Assembly: GCA_016208485.1 (NCBI GenBank)
Contig: JACQXY010000010.1
Coordinates: forward strand, 1,431-65,430
Source: Acidobacteriota bacterium
Lineage (GTDB): Bacteria; Actinomycetota; AC-67
Direction: 5' to 3'
DNA length: 64,000 nucleotides
This document shows, piece by piece, positions 1 through 9,916 of this stretch; within the stretch, counting starts at the first letter, position 1, and each line of letters begins with the position of its first letter. Under the pieces are notes generated by a model. That model did not search any database, was not told where the DNA came from, and saw only the letters and a list, made by a program, of their open reading frames with translations. Position numbers and translations under genes: made by a program.

Positions 1-411
1 GCCGCGCGCGCGAAGCGCCAGCGCGGCGAGTCCGGCCCCCAGGATCGCCCAGAGCGGCAGGAGGACCAGGTGCCGCCCGACGAGGACGCCCCCGAGGCGC
101 CGGTCGCGCAGCGGCTCGAAGACCCGCCCGTAGGAGAAGAACAGCGTCACCGCGATCGAGACGACGAGCGCCGCGCGCCGAAGGTCGCGCAGGATCGACC
201 AGGCCGCGAGGAGCAGCACGGCGGCGGCGACGACCGAGGCCGCGAGCGGCACGCGCACCTGCTCGAAGGTCACCTCGCCGAGGTTGGCGGCGAAGAGCGA
301 GAGCACCGGGAATGCGGCGAGGAGCAAGGGGTGGACGGCCCCCCAGGGGCGCGCGCCGAGCCTCCCGGCTGCGCGTCCGGGCTCCGGCGGTGTTTCCCTT
401 GGATCGGTCAT
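1..411 (-). CDS. Membrane protein, N-terminal part (probably sulfatase/LTA-synthase-like), runs off window
   Basis: ATG at 411 overlaps the upstream TGA (ATGA). Translation MTDPRETPPEPG...VHPLLLAAFPVLSLFAANLGEV...FFSYG is multi-TM. Product is inferred from recalled family context. Confidence 0.55.
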   Translation of the reverse strand, partial: MTDPRETPPEPGRAAGRLGARPWGAVHPLLLAAFPVLSLFAANLGEVTFEQVRVPLAASVVAAAVLLLAAWSILRDLRRAALVVSIAVTLFFSYGRVFEPLRDRRLGGVLVGRHLVLLPLWAILGAGLAALALRARG

Positions 412-1772
412 CTCATGAGGTAGAGGATACGCTCGGATCCCGCGATCGGCTCCGTCCGCTCGATCCGGAACACCTCGGAGAACGCGGCCTCGAAGCCGTC
501 GCGCGCGTACCGGGGGAAGACGTCCTCGCGCGTCGCGAGCATCCGGCGCACCTGCGGGTCTCCCTTCGGCACGCACTCGATCACGAGACTGCGAGCGAGC
601 GCGCGCAGGTGCCGGGCGATGCGCACGAGCGGCACGTTGTTCCCGATCGCCAGATGGTGCACCAGCGCGAGCGCGAGCGCGAGATCGGCCGGACCGCGGT
701 CGGCGAGCGACGCGCGCTCGCCGTTCTCCCACCCGATCCGAGGGCTCGGGTTGGCGAGATCCTGCACGAGGGGGAGGAGGTTCCGCTCGCCCTTCTCGCG
801 CACGGCGCGCCACGAGGCCTCGACGCAACCGGGGTCCATCTCCAGGGACACGGTTCGCACGCCGCGCTGCGAGCCGAGGCGGCTGTAGAGGCCTGTGTTG
901 GCGCCGAGGTCCCACATGGTCCGCGGGGCGACCTCCTCGATCATCGTCGAGACGAGCGCTTTCTTGTGCTCGAGCGCCTCGGGTGTGTAGCTCTCCTCAT
1001 CCGAGTAGTAGGACGTCCACACGGTCCGATCGGGCTCCCAGGTGAGCTTGGTCGTCGCGCGCGCGAGCCCGGCGACGATCGCGCGGAGGGCGTTCGCGGA
1101 CACCCCGCGCCGCTGCCGGTCCCCCAGCTCCCGGTCCTGGTACCTCCGCTGGCTCTTCGCGTGCGCGTGGATGTGAAGCAGCAGGGAGGTGCGCTTCGTC
1201 TTGCGCGGCAGAAGCGCGGCGGCGAGGTCGACCGGCACGCCGTCGATGTGGACTCGCAAGAGCTGCCCGAGCCGGACGTCCCGGTATGCCATGAGCGCGA
1301 GCGGCGCGAGGAAGTGCTGGCAGTACTGGCGGTAGGCGACCCACGGCCGCCCTTCCGGGAGGCGCTCGAACGAGAGCGTGTCGATTGACAGCGGGCGACC
1401 GTCCACGAACTGGATGTTGTAGGCGGAGGCGTCGCGCATCGACATGCCGTGCTCCATGGCGCGCTGCTGGATGCGCAGGGTTGCGAGCGCCGCGTCCTTG
1501 AGCTGCGAGAAGCACCACTCGTACGGGTAGGAGACGAAGGGGATCTCCCGCGGCCGGAGGATCTTGTAGGCGCCCGGCGCGGCCGGCGGCTCGGCGCTCT
1601 CCTCGTGCGGGACGAGCAGGCCGTCGGAGACGAGCGACTCGTAGAGCCCCGAGGCCATGAAGAGATCGTAGTGCTCGCGGAAGGACTCGTTCACCTGGCG
1701 GTGGAGGACGCCGTCCCGCCGGAAGACGAACCCGCTCGGGTCTCGGAAAGACCCCCCGACGACCTCGGTCAC
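408..1772 (-). CDS. NoeA-like class I SAM-dependent methyltransferase with kinase-like N-terminal half
   Basis: SFRDPSGFVF, SYPYEW, DASAYNIQF and IDTLSF in the N-half; SAM motif WDLGANTG and LALALVHHL in the C-half. Confidence 0.8.
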   Translation of the reverse strand: MTEVVGGSFRDPSGFVFRRDGVLHRQVNESFREHYDLFMASGLYESLVSDGLLVPHEESAEPPAAPGAYKILRPREIPFVSYPYEWCFSQLKDAALATLRIQQRAMEHGMSMRDASAYNIQFVDGRPLSIDTLSFERLPEGRPWVAYRQYCQHFLAPLALMAYRDVRLGQLLRVHIDGVPVDLAAALLPRKTKRTSLLLHIHAHAKSQRRYQDRELGDRQRRGVSANALRAIVAGLARATTKLTWEPDRTVWTSYYSDEESYTPEALEHKKALVSTMIEEVAPRTMWDLGANTGLYSRLGSQRGVRTVSLEMDPGCVEASWRAVREKGERNLLPLVQDLANPSPRIGWENGERASLADRGPADLALALALVHHLAIGNNVPLVRIARHLRALARSLVIECVPKGDPQVRRMLATREDVFPRYARDGFEAAFSEVFRIERTEPIAGSERILYLMR

Positions 1773-1776
1773 CGCG

Positions 1777-2034
1777 CTACGCCGAGGGAGGCGCGCCTTC
1801 CGGGGCCCGCTCCTCGGACTTCCTGCGGCCGCCCCGAAGGAAGGCGAAGATGCGCCGCCAGAAGGCGCCGACCGTGAGCAGCAACCCGCCGATCAGGCCC
1901 GCCACCACCTGGATCATGTAGCTCCCGGTGCCCGGATCCACGTAGGCGTGGGCCGGTCTGACCGTGGCGATGGTCCAGCCGAGGGTCAGGGCAAGAACGA
2001 GGGTCGCGGTCGAGCATCGGATGAGCTGTCTCAT
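1777..2034 (-). CDS. Small membrane protein with YxDPGTGS motif
   Basis: Signal-like N-terminus ending AHA, then YVDPGTGS, a TM helix and a basic tail; 4 nt upstream of the methyltransferase. Confidence 0.7.
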   Translation of the reverse strand: MRQLIRCSTATLVLALTLGWTIATVRPAHAYVDPGTGSYMIQVVAGLIGGLLLTVGAFWRRIFAFLRGGRRKSEERAPEGAPPSA

Positions 2035-2276
2035 ATCTGCCGCATCGTAGCACCCGAACGGCTGAGGGGGAGAGCGCGCGGACCGGGCGCCCCGCGCCGG
2101 CCGGCGCGCACCCCAGCCTCTCGCGAAACCGACGCGTTTGGTCGGGAAGCGGGTTCCGATCGAGTATGTGGGGGTCCGGACGGACCGCCGCGCGCGCTGT
2201 CGGCACCGTGTCCGTCGAAGAGGCCCTGGGGCCGATGCCGCGCAGCGGCACCCCCCGGGCCGAGAGGGGGTCCGAC

Positions 2277-3209
2277 ATGAAGATCACCGTCATCGGGGCC
2301 GGGAAGTACGGCTCGACGACCGTTCAGCGTCTCGCCGAGATGGGGATCGCGAGCGAGGTCGTCATGACCGACATCATCGAGGGTCTGCCGCAAGGGCTCG
2401 CGCTCGACATGATGCAGAGCCGCTCGATCGAGGGGTTCGAGACCCGGATCGTCGGCACCAACACATACGAGGACACCGCCGGCACCGACGTCTGCATCGT
2501 GACGGCCGGCCTGCCTCGCAAGCCAGGCATGAGCCGGATGGACCTGCTCGACGTCAACTCCAAGATCATCCGCGATGTGGCCGAGCGCTTCTGCCCCGGC
2601 TCTCCCGGCGCGGTCGTGATCGTGGTCACCAACCCGCTCGACGAGATGACGCACCTCTTCCGCGAGGTGTCGGGCTTTCGGCACGACAGGGTGATCGGCC
2701 AGGCGGGCATGCTCGACACCGCGCGCTTCAAGCACTTCGTCGGCGAGGAGCTGGGCGTGTCCCCGATCGAGGTCGAGGCGATGACCCTCGGCTCTCACGG
2801 CGACACCATGGTTCCTGTGCCCTCGCTCGTGCGCGTGTCCGGCAAGCCGCTCACCGAGCTCGCCGACGCCGAGACCATCGAGCGGGTCACCAAGCGAACC
2901 CGCGACGGAGGCGCCGAGATCGTCGGACTCCTCAAGACCGGGAGCGCCTACTACGCGCCGTCATCGGCGGCGGCGGCCATGGCGCGCGCCGTCCTCACGG
3001 ACTCCAAGGAGATGATGCCGGTCTGCGCCTGGCTCACCGGCCAGTACGGCATCGACGGGGTATACCTCGGGGTCCCGGCGAGGCTCGGGCGCGTCGGGGT
3101 GGCCGAGGTCGTGGAGCTGCCCCTCGCCGAGTCCGAGCTGGTAGCGCTCCGCGCGGCGGCCGAGGCCGTCCGCTCGAAGTGCGCCGACCTCGGCAAGCTC
3201 GGCGGGTAG
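2277..3209 (+). CDS. mdh: Malate dehydrogenase (LDH-like)
   Basis: KITVIGAG, TAGLPRKPGMSRMDLL, VTNPLD, LDTARF, GSHGD, GSAYYAP. Confidence 0.95.
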   Translation: MKITVIGAGKYGSTTVQRLAEMGIASEVVMTDIIEGLPQGLALDMMQSRSIEGFETRIVGTNTYEDTAGTDVCIVTAGLPRKPGMSRMDLLDVNSKIIRDVAERFCPGSPGAVVIVVTNPLDEMTHLFREVSGFRHDRVIGQAGMLDTARFKHFVGEELGVSPIEVEAMTLGSHGDTMVPVPSLVRVSGKPLTELADAETIERVTKRTRDGGAEIVGLLKTGSAYYAPSSAAAAMARAVLTDSKEMMPVCAWLTGQYGIDGVYLGVPARLGRVGVAEVVELPLAESELVALRAAAEAVRSKCADLGKLGG

Positions 3210-3317
3210 CGCGCGGTTCGAGGCCCGACCCGGCAGCCGGGCGTTTCTCGCCATTCCCCGCGGGCGCTTGCGCGGCGCGGTTCACTTCCGCCTGGTCCGA
3301 GCCGATATCAGGGGGGT

Positions 3318-5735
3318 ATGGGGGATGTGCGGCGCGCGCGCGGCCGCTCGGAGATGGTGGTTCCGGGCGTCCTCCTCGGCGTGCTCCTGTCGCTGGGGAT
3401 CGCACCGGCCGCGGTGACGACGACGGCTCCGCAGGACCAAAGGAGCGCGACGCCGGCCGGGGAGGCGCGACCCTTCATTCCGGGCGAAGTGGTCGTTCGC
3501 TACCGAGCCGGGATCCCTACCGCGGCGCGCGGCGCCGCGCGCCTGGCCGCACGATCGCGCCTCGCCAAGGCTTTCCCGTCCGCCGGCCTGGAGCTGGTGC
3601 GGTTCTCCGCGGAATCGAGCGTCGCGGCCGCAGTGGCGGCCCTCGAGCGCCGCCCGGAGGTGCTCTACGCGGAGCCGAACTACCGCTACCGGGCTACGGC
3701 CGATGTGCCCGACGACCCCCTGTTCGGGGACCTGTGGGGGCTGAGCAACACGGGCCAGGCTGTCGTGGGCGTGGCCGGGACACCCGGTGCCGACGTCGAC
3801 GCGCCGGGGGCGTGGGCGCTCACGACCGGGAGCCCGGATGTCGTGGTCGCCGTCGTGGATACCGGCGTGGACGTCGACCATCCCGATCTCGCATCGAACA
3901 TCTGGACCAACCCAGGGGAGATGGGGGACGGCAAGGAGTCCAACGGCCGCGACGACGACGGAAACGGCTACGCCGACGACTGGCGCGGCTGGGACTGGGT
4001 TTCCGGCGACAACGAGCCGCGCGACCTCCACGGCCACGGCACCCACGTCGCCGGGACGATCGCGGCGCGCGGCAACGACTCGAGCGGCGTCGCCGGGGTT
4101 ACGTGGTCGTCGAAGATCATGCCCCTCCGGGTGCTCGACGAGAGCGGCTCGGGGGCGAACGCCGACATCGCCGCGGCGTTCGCGTATGCGGGTGCCATGG
4201 GCGCGCGGGTCGTGAACGCGAGCTTCGCCGGGCCGGATCTTTCGCAGGCGATGGCAGACGCGATCGCCGGGGCGCCGGCATCGTTGTTCGTGGTCGCCGC
4301 CGGCAACGAAGGCGCGAACAACGACTCGCCCTCGACTCCGAGCTATCCCTGCGACCACGTGGCACCGAACCTCGTTTGCGTCGCGGCGACCGACCAGCGC
4401 GACAGGCTCGCCGGGTTCTCGAACTACGGGACTCGCTCGGTGGACCTCGCCGCGCCCGGGGTGATGATCCTGAGCGCTCAGCCGCCGATCGTCACGGCCT
4501 ACACGGAGAGCTTCGACGCCGACATCGCCGGAAGGTGGGTCACCGGAGGGACGAACGACACGTGGGATCGCACGACCGAGGCCGGCGGCGGGATGCTCAC
4601 CGACAGCCCGGGCGGGGAGTATCTGGACGGAACCGATTCCTGGGCCGCGCCGGCCGCAGACCTGGACCTGAGCGGGCTGATCGGCTGCCGCCTGCGGTAC
4701 GCGCTCTCGCTTGACCTCGACGGGGGCGCCGACAGGCTGCTCGTCGAGGCGTCCTCGGGCGGCGCCGAGTGGTCGGAGATCACGTCGCGGACGGGGGCGG
4801 GGACCCAGACGGTGAGCGACGACCTCTCCGCGTTCGACGGGCGGCCGGACGTCCGGTTCCGGTTCCGGCTCGTGTCGGACGGCTCGGGGACGGCCGACGG
4901 CGCTCACCTGGACGACGTCGAGGTGCGCTGCCTGAGCACCTCGTACGCGGGCGATGAGTACGCCTACTACAGCGGGACCTCCATGACCGCTCCGCACGTC
5001 GCCGGCGTGGCGGCTCTCGTTTGGGCGCGCTTCGGGGCCGCGAGCGTCGCCGAGGTGCGCAACCGGCTCCTCTGCGGCGCCGAACCGCTCGACGGGCTGG
5101 CCGGCAAGACGGTCACCGGCGCGCGCCTGAGCGCGCTTCGCGCGCTCGAGGATCCGACCTGCCTCACGCTCGCGGCGCCCGCGACCGTCGTCTACGGACG
5201 CGCCGCGACCCTGAGCGGGAAGCTCTCCACCGCCGATGCGGTCGGGCTCGCCGGCAGGGTGCTCACGATCCGGCAGCGACCCTACGGCGCGGCGGCCTTC
5301 TCGAGCCTCGGCACGGTTGTGACGGGCTCCGGCGGCACCTGGTCGGTCGCGGTGAAGCCCGCCAAGCGGACCGTGTACCGGGTGACGTTCGCCGGCGCGT
5401 CTTCCGTGCTCTCGGGCGCGAGCCCGGCGCGGACCGTGCAGGTGCGTACGACCGTGAGTCTCTCCGTGGCCGATACGACGCTCCGGCTCGGCCGGAGCGT
5501 GTCGTTCTCCGGGAGGGTCGGCCCCGCGCACGCGGGGAAGTACGTGCGGCTCGAGCGTTGGACCGGATCGTCGTGGGCGCAGGTGAAGAGCGCGAAGACC
5601 GGGTCGTCCGGCGGATTCTCGGGGACCTGGAAGCCTCCGGCGCGCGGGACCTACCGGCTCCGAATCCGGTTCCCCGCGCCCGACGCCGACCACGGGCAGG
5701 GGGTGAGCGGCAGGCGCGACGTCCGCGTTTCCTAA
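3318..5735 (+). CDS. Secreted S8 (subtilisin-like) serine peptidase with inserted beta-domain and C-terminal Ig-like domains
   Basis: Signal peptide; triad motifs [27 protein letters not shown]. Start may be ATG 3354. Confidence 0.92.
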   Translation: MGDVRRARGRSEMVVPGVLLGVLLSLGIAPAAVTTTAPQDQRSATPAGEARPFIPGEVVVRYRAGIPTAARGAARLAARSRLAKAFPSAGLELVRFSAESSVAAAVAALERRPEVLYAEPNYRYRATADVPDDPLFGDLWGLSNTGQAVVGVAGTPGADVDAPGAWALTTGSPDVVVAVVDTGVDVDHPDLASNIWTNPGEMGDGKESNGRDDDGNGYADDWRGWDWVSGDNEPRDLHGHGTHVAGTIAARGNDSSGVAGVTWSSKIMPLRVLDESGSGANADIAAAFAYAGAMGARVVNASFAGPDLSQAMADAIAGAPASLFVVAAGNEGANNDSPSTPSYPCDHVAPNLVCVAATDQRDRLAGFSNYGTRSVDLAAPGVMILSAQPPIVTAYTESFDADIAGRWVTGGTNDTWDRTTEAGGGMLTDSPGGEYLDGTDSWAAPAADLDLSGLIGCRLRYALSLDLDGGADRLLVEASSGGAEWSEITSRTGAGTQTVSDDLSAFDGRPDVRFRFRLVSDGSGTADGAHLDDVEVRCLSTSYAGDEYAYYSGTSMTAPHVAGVAALVWARFGAASVAEVRNRLLCGAEPLDGLAGKTVTGARLSALRALEDPTCLTLAAPATVVYGRAATLSGKLSTADAVGLAGRVLTIRQRPYGAAAFSSLGTVVTGSGGTWSVAVKPAKRTVYRVTFAGASSVLSGASPARTVQVRTTVSLSVADTTLRLGRSVSFSGRVGPAHAGKYVRLERWTGSSWAQVKSAKTGSSGGFSGTWKPPARGTYRLRIRFPAPDADHGQGVSGRRDVRVS

Positions 5736-5832
5736 CGGGCGCGTTGACCGCGGGCTCCCCGGCGGGGACAATTCATGTCACCGGGTTCGAGGGGGATCCG
5801 GGTGCCCGTCGAACCGGAAGGGGGAGCCACTC

Positions 5833-8205
5833 GTGATTCGTGCCCGCTCTCGTGCCGCCGCAGTCCTCGCCGGTCTGCTCGTCGGCGGCATCGCGCTCGG
5901 CCCGGTCGGCCCGTCCGCCGCGGCGACCGGATCGCGAGCCTCCCGGGTCCCCGGCGCGCGCTACGTCCCCGGAGAACTGCTCGTTCGCTACCGCCCCGCC
6001 GTGGCGGCGTCGCGGCGGGCTGAGGTGCGGGCGAGCCTCGGAACGCGCCTCGATCGCAGGGTTGCGCGCGCGGAACTCGTCCGGCTTGAAGCCGGGCGGA
6101 GCGTCGAGCAGGCGGTCGCCGCGTACCGGGACCGACCCGAGGTTCTCTGGGCCGAGCCGAACTACATCTGGCGGGCCGCGGCGACCCCCGACGACCCGAG
6201 CTTCCCGCAACTCTGGGGCCTCAGCAACACGGGTCAGACGGTCGACGGGACGGCCGGGACGCCCGACGCCGATATCGATGCGCCGCTTGCCTGGGACGTG
6301 ACGACCGGAAGCGACACGCTGGTGGTGGCAGTTGCCGATACGGGTGTCGCCTACGACCACCCGGATCTCTCCGGCCGCATCTGGGCGAATCCGGGGGAGA
6401 CCGGAGGGGGCATGGAGACGAACGGCCTCGACGACGACGCCGACGGGAAGGTCGACGACTCGCGCGGGTGGGATTTCGTCGCCGGAGACAACGACCCGCG
6501 GGACCCGAACGGGCACGGCACGCATGTCGCCGGGACGATCGGCGCGCAGGGCAACAACTCCTCCGGGGCGGTCGGGGTGAACTGGAACGTGCGAATCATG
6601 CCGGTGCGGGTGCTCGATGCGACGGGTTCGGGGACGAGCGCGAGCATCGCGGACGGATTCGCCTACGCCGCCGCGCGAGGGGCGAAGGTCGTCAACGCGA
6701 GCCTGGGCGGCGCGGTCTTCTCCCAGGCGGTGCTGGACGCGATCAACGCGGCTCCGGAGACACTCTTCGTAGTGGCGGCCGGCAACGATGGCACAGACAA
6801 CGAGGCGACGCCGGGCTACCCGTGCGACTACGAGTCCTCCAACATCGTGTGCGTCGCGGCCACCGACCAGAACGACGGGCTGGCCGGCTTCTCCAACTGG
6901 GGGGCGACCTCGGTCGACATCGGCGCGCCGGGGGTCGGCATCTACAGCACCCAACCTTCCTGGACGTCCGTTTTCAGCGACGATTTTTCGGCGCCGCTCG
7001 CCGGGCGCTGGAGCACGGGGGGAACGCCGAACACCTGGGAGCGGGTGGCGCTGACGGCCGACGACTTCGCGCTCACCGACAGCCCCGCGGGCGACTACTG
7101 GGACGACACCGACACCTGGGCCCAGACGGTGTCCCCGATCGGCCTCGCCGCCCAGACGGGTTGCCGGCTCGACTTCATCGTCCTCGCCGCGACCGAGCAG
7201 GACGCCGACTTCCTGAAGGTGGAGACATCCCCGGACGGCAGCGCCTGGAGCCTCCTCGACGAGTTCTCGGGGGATGTCCTGGCCGCTGTGACCGAGGATC
7301 TCTCGGTGCTGGAGGGGACCGACTTCTTTCTTCGGTTCCACCTGACGAGCAACGGCAGTGTCGTCGGGGACGGAGCGTATGTCGACGATCTGACGGTGAA
7401 GTGCTTGAGCGCCACGTATGCCGGGAGCGAGTTCGCCTACGATGACGGCACGTCCATGGCGACTCCCCACGTCGCCGGGGCGGCCGCGCTCGTGCTGGCC
7501 CAGACCCCGACGCTGACGGTGGCCGAGGTCAAGGCCCGCCTGCTCGACTCGGGCGAGGCGCTCGCCTCGCTCGCCGGCAAGACCGTGACCGGAAGGCGGC
7601 TGAACCTGTGCCGCGCGGTCGGGACCACTCCGTCGGTCACGCTCTCGGCTTCCCCCTCCACGATCACGGGGGGTTCCTGGACCACGCTCGGCGGGATCGT
7701 CAGCGCCGGGGGGTCCCCGCTCGCTGCCGTCTCGGTGCAGATCCGGCGCCGTCCCTACGGTCAAGTGGGCTTCTCCGTCCTTCGCACCGTTTCCACCGGA
7801 GCGGATGGGAGGTTCTCTACGACCAACGCGCCGACGAAACGGACCGAGTACCGGGCGTACGTCGTGGGAGGGTCGGGCGTTTGCGACGGGCTCAGCTCGG
7901 CGCGGGCCGTCCGGGTGAGGCCGCTCGTCAGCCTCGCGTTCGCCGACTCCACGATCAGGCTGGGGCAGACGGCGACCTTCCGCGGGGCGGTGAGCCCGAA
8001 GCATGCCGGCAAGACGGTCAAGCTCGATCGGAAGTCGGGGACCTCTTGGATCTACGTGAGGACCATCACGATCGCCTCGACCGGAGGGTTCTCCGGGACC
8101 TACCGGTCCAGGTCGCGCGGCACCTTCACCTTCCGGGTGCGCTTCGCGGGCGACGCCGACCACCTCGCGGCCGTGAGTCCGAGCCGGACCTTGAGAGTGT
8201 CGTAG
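5833..8205 (+). CDS. Secreted S8 serine peptidase, tandem paralog of previous gene
   Basis: [27 protein letters not shown]; collinear with 3318-5735. Confidence 0.92.
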   Translation: MIRARSRAAAVLAGLLVGGIALGPVGPSAAATGSRASRVPGARYVPGELLVRYRPAVAASRRAEVRASLGTRLDRRVARAELVRLEAGRSVEQAVAAYRDRPEVLWAEPNYIWRAAATPDDPSFPQLWGLSNTGQTVDGTAGTPDADIDAPLAWDVTTGSDTLVVAVADTGVAYDHPDLSGRIWANPGETGGGMETNGLDDDADGKVDDSRGWDFVAGDNDPRDPNGHGTHVAGTIGAQGNNSSGAVGVNWNVRIMPVRVLDATGSGTSASIADGFAYAAARGAKVVNASLGGAVFSQAVLDAINAAPETLFVVAAGNDGTDNEATPGYPCDYESSNIVCVAATDQNDGLAGFSNWGATSVDIGAPGVGIYSTQPSWTSVFSDDFSAPLAGRWSTGGTPNTWERVALTADDFALTDSPAGDYWDDTDTWAQTVSPIGLAAQTGCRLDFIVLAATEQDADFLKVETSPDGSAWSLLDEFSGDVLAAVTEDLSVLEGTDFFLRFHLTSNGSVVGDGAYVDDLTVKCLSATYAGSEFAYDDGTSMATPHVAGAAALVLAQTPTLTVAEVKARLLDSGEALASLAGKTVTGRRLNLCRAVGTTPSVTLSASPSTITGGSWTTLGGIVSAGGSPLAAVSVQIRRRPYGQVGFSVLRTVSTGADGRFSTTNAPTKRTEYRAYVVGGSGVCDGLSSARAVRVRPLVSLAFADSTIRLGQTATFRGAVSPKHAGKTVKLDRKSGTSWIYVRTITIASTGGFSGTYRSRSRGTFTFRVRFAGDADHLAAVSPSRTLRVS

Positions 8206-8251
8206 GCGCACCCGGCGGCGTGCCCGGCCCGCTCCTGGTATCGTGCCGGCC

Positions 8252-9160
8252 GTGGCGCGCGTCCTCTCGGGCATCCAGCCCTCCGGCGAGGTTCACCTCG
8301 GCAACTACATCGGCGCTCTGCGCCACTGGGTCGCCGACCAGGACCGGAACGACTGTTTCTACGTGGTCGTCGACCTTCACGCGATCACCGTCCCCCAGGA
8401 GCCCGAGGCGCTTCGGGCCGCGACCCTCGACCTCGCGGCGATCCTGCTCGCAGTCGGGATCGACCCCGAGCGCTCGACGCTTTTCGTCCAGTCCCACGTC
8501 CACGAGCACGCGGAACTCGCCTGGGTGCTCGGCTGTTTCGCGATGTTCGGTGAGCTGCGGCGCATGACCCAGTTCAAGGACAAGGCCCACCGCCAGCGGG
8601 AAGCGTCGGTCTCGGTCGGACTGTTCTCCTACCCGGTGCTGCAGGCAGCCGACATCCTGATCTACCAGGCCGACCGAGTGCCGGTGGGGGAGGATCAGCG
8701 CCAGCACCTCGAGCTGACGCGCGACGTCGCGCAACGCTTCAACGGCCGCTTCGGCGAGACCTTCGTTGTGCCGGAGGCGGCGATCCCCCCGGTCGGCGCG
8801 CGGATCATGGACCTTCAGAACCCGACCGCGAAGATGTCGAAGTCGGCCGACTCGCCCCAGGGCACGATCCGGGTGACCGATCCGCCCGACGTGCTCGCCC
8901 GCAAGATCAAGACCGCCGTGACCGAGATCCCCGACCTCGAGGAGGCGTACGCCGGCAAGGGGTACGCGGACCTGAAGCGCGATCTCGCCGAGGCGCTGGT
9001 TGAGTTCCTGCGCCCGCTGCAGGAGCGCTACCGGGATCTCGCGACCGACCCCGGCGAGATCGCGCGCCTGCTCGAGGTCGGGGCGGCCAAGGCGCAGGCC
9101 GTGGCGTCGAAGACGCTCGCCGCGGTCTACGAGCGGGTCGGTTTCCTGCCGCGCGGCTGA
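8252..9160 (+). CDS. trpS: Tryptophan--tRNA ligase (apparent internal in-frame deletion)
   Basis: [37 protein letters not shown] -10 element 7 nt before the GTG. Confidence 0.93.
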   Translation: MARVLSGIQPSGEVHLGNYIGALRHWVADQDRNDCFYVVVDLHAITVPQEPEALRAATLDLAAILLAVGIDPERSTLFVQSHVHEHAELAWVLGCFAMFGELRRMTQFKDKAHRQREASVSVGLFSYPVLQAADILIYQADRVPVGEDQRQHLELTRDVAQRFNGRFGETFVVPEAAIPPVGARIMDLQNPTAKMSKSADSPQGTIRVTDPPDVLARKIKTAVTEIPDLEEAYAGKGYADLKRDLAEALVEFLRPLQERYRDLATDPGEIARLLEVGAAKAQAVASKTLAAVYERVGFLPRG

Positions 9161-9165
9161 GTCCT

Positions 9166-9573
9166 CTATGAAGGACGGGCCGGAGACCTGACGGTGACCC
9201 CAGGGAGATCCTGGAATCCTCGGGGATCGGCCGTGACGACGGTCCGCTCCCGGCCGAGCGCGGTCGCCGCGATGAGGAGGTCGTGCGCCCCGCGCGGCCG
9301 GCCCGACCGGCGCACGTGGGCCAGCAGCCGGGCGTGAACGCGGGCCAGGTGGAGGTCGTACTCCTCGACCGGGACGGTGGACAGGATCGCCTCGACGAAG
9401 CTCCGGCGCCGGCCCCGGTGTCGCGCATCGGCCAGCTCGACTCCGACCAGGAGTTCGGCCGCCGTGATCGCCGCGATCGCTACGTCGTCCTCGTCGCCGA
9501 TCACGGCATCGAGCGAACCACCGTGGCGCTCCGCCGAGACCAGCACGGTGGTGTCGAGGATCAGGCGTTCCAA
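9166..9573 (-). CDS. vapC: PIN-domain toxin (VapC family)
   Basis: ILDTTVL, ITAAEL, DLLIAATA, VVTAD..F. Confidence 0.88.
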   Translation of the reverse strand: MERLILDTTVLVSAERHGGSLDAVIGDEDDVAIAAITAAELLVGVELADARHRGRRRSFVEAILSTVPVEEYDLHLARVHARLLAHVRRSGRPRGAHDLLIAATALGRERTVVTADPRGFQDLPGVTVRSPARPS

Positions 9574-9812
9574 GCGCGCTCCTCGGCGGCGAGGCCTTCC
9601 CGAAGCTGGCGGAGTTCGTCGCCCCACTTCCGGTCGCCGCGATGGGACCGGAGGAGATCCTTCACCGCCCTGCCCCGGGCCGCAACCGCCGGGCCGATGC
9701 GGGCGACGATCTTTCCTCGCCGGACGACCTCGAACGTCTCGTGCCGGTTCTCGACCGCGTCGAGAACTTCCGAGAAGCGGCGCGCGGCCTCCGTCGCGCT
9801 CACTTTCTCCAT
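9561..9812 (-). CDS. Phd/YefM-family antitoxin
   Basis: VSATEAARRFSEVLDAV...VVRRGKIVARI; overlaps vapC. ATCAGATT direct repeats at 9816-9831 just upstream. Confidence 0.85.
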   Translation of the reverse strand: MEKVSATEAARRFSEVLDAVENRHETFEVVRRGKIVARIGPAVAARGRAVKDLLRSHRGDRKWGDELRQLREGLAAEERAWNA

Positions 9813-9916
9813 ATCATCAGATTATCAGATTTGTGCGGCCCGCGCGGCCGAGGTGACCGCCATGCCGGCCCGAAGGGGTCATTGCCCGGCGGACCCGCCC
9901 GTGCTTCCATGGTGGC

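Noticed and set aside
2060..2118. Long GC hairpin between divergent genes as an ncRNA
   Set aside because: Imperfect, single copy, and expected by chance at this GC content
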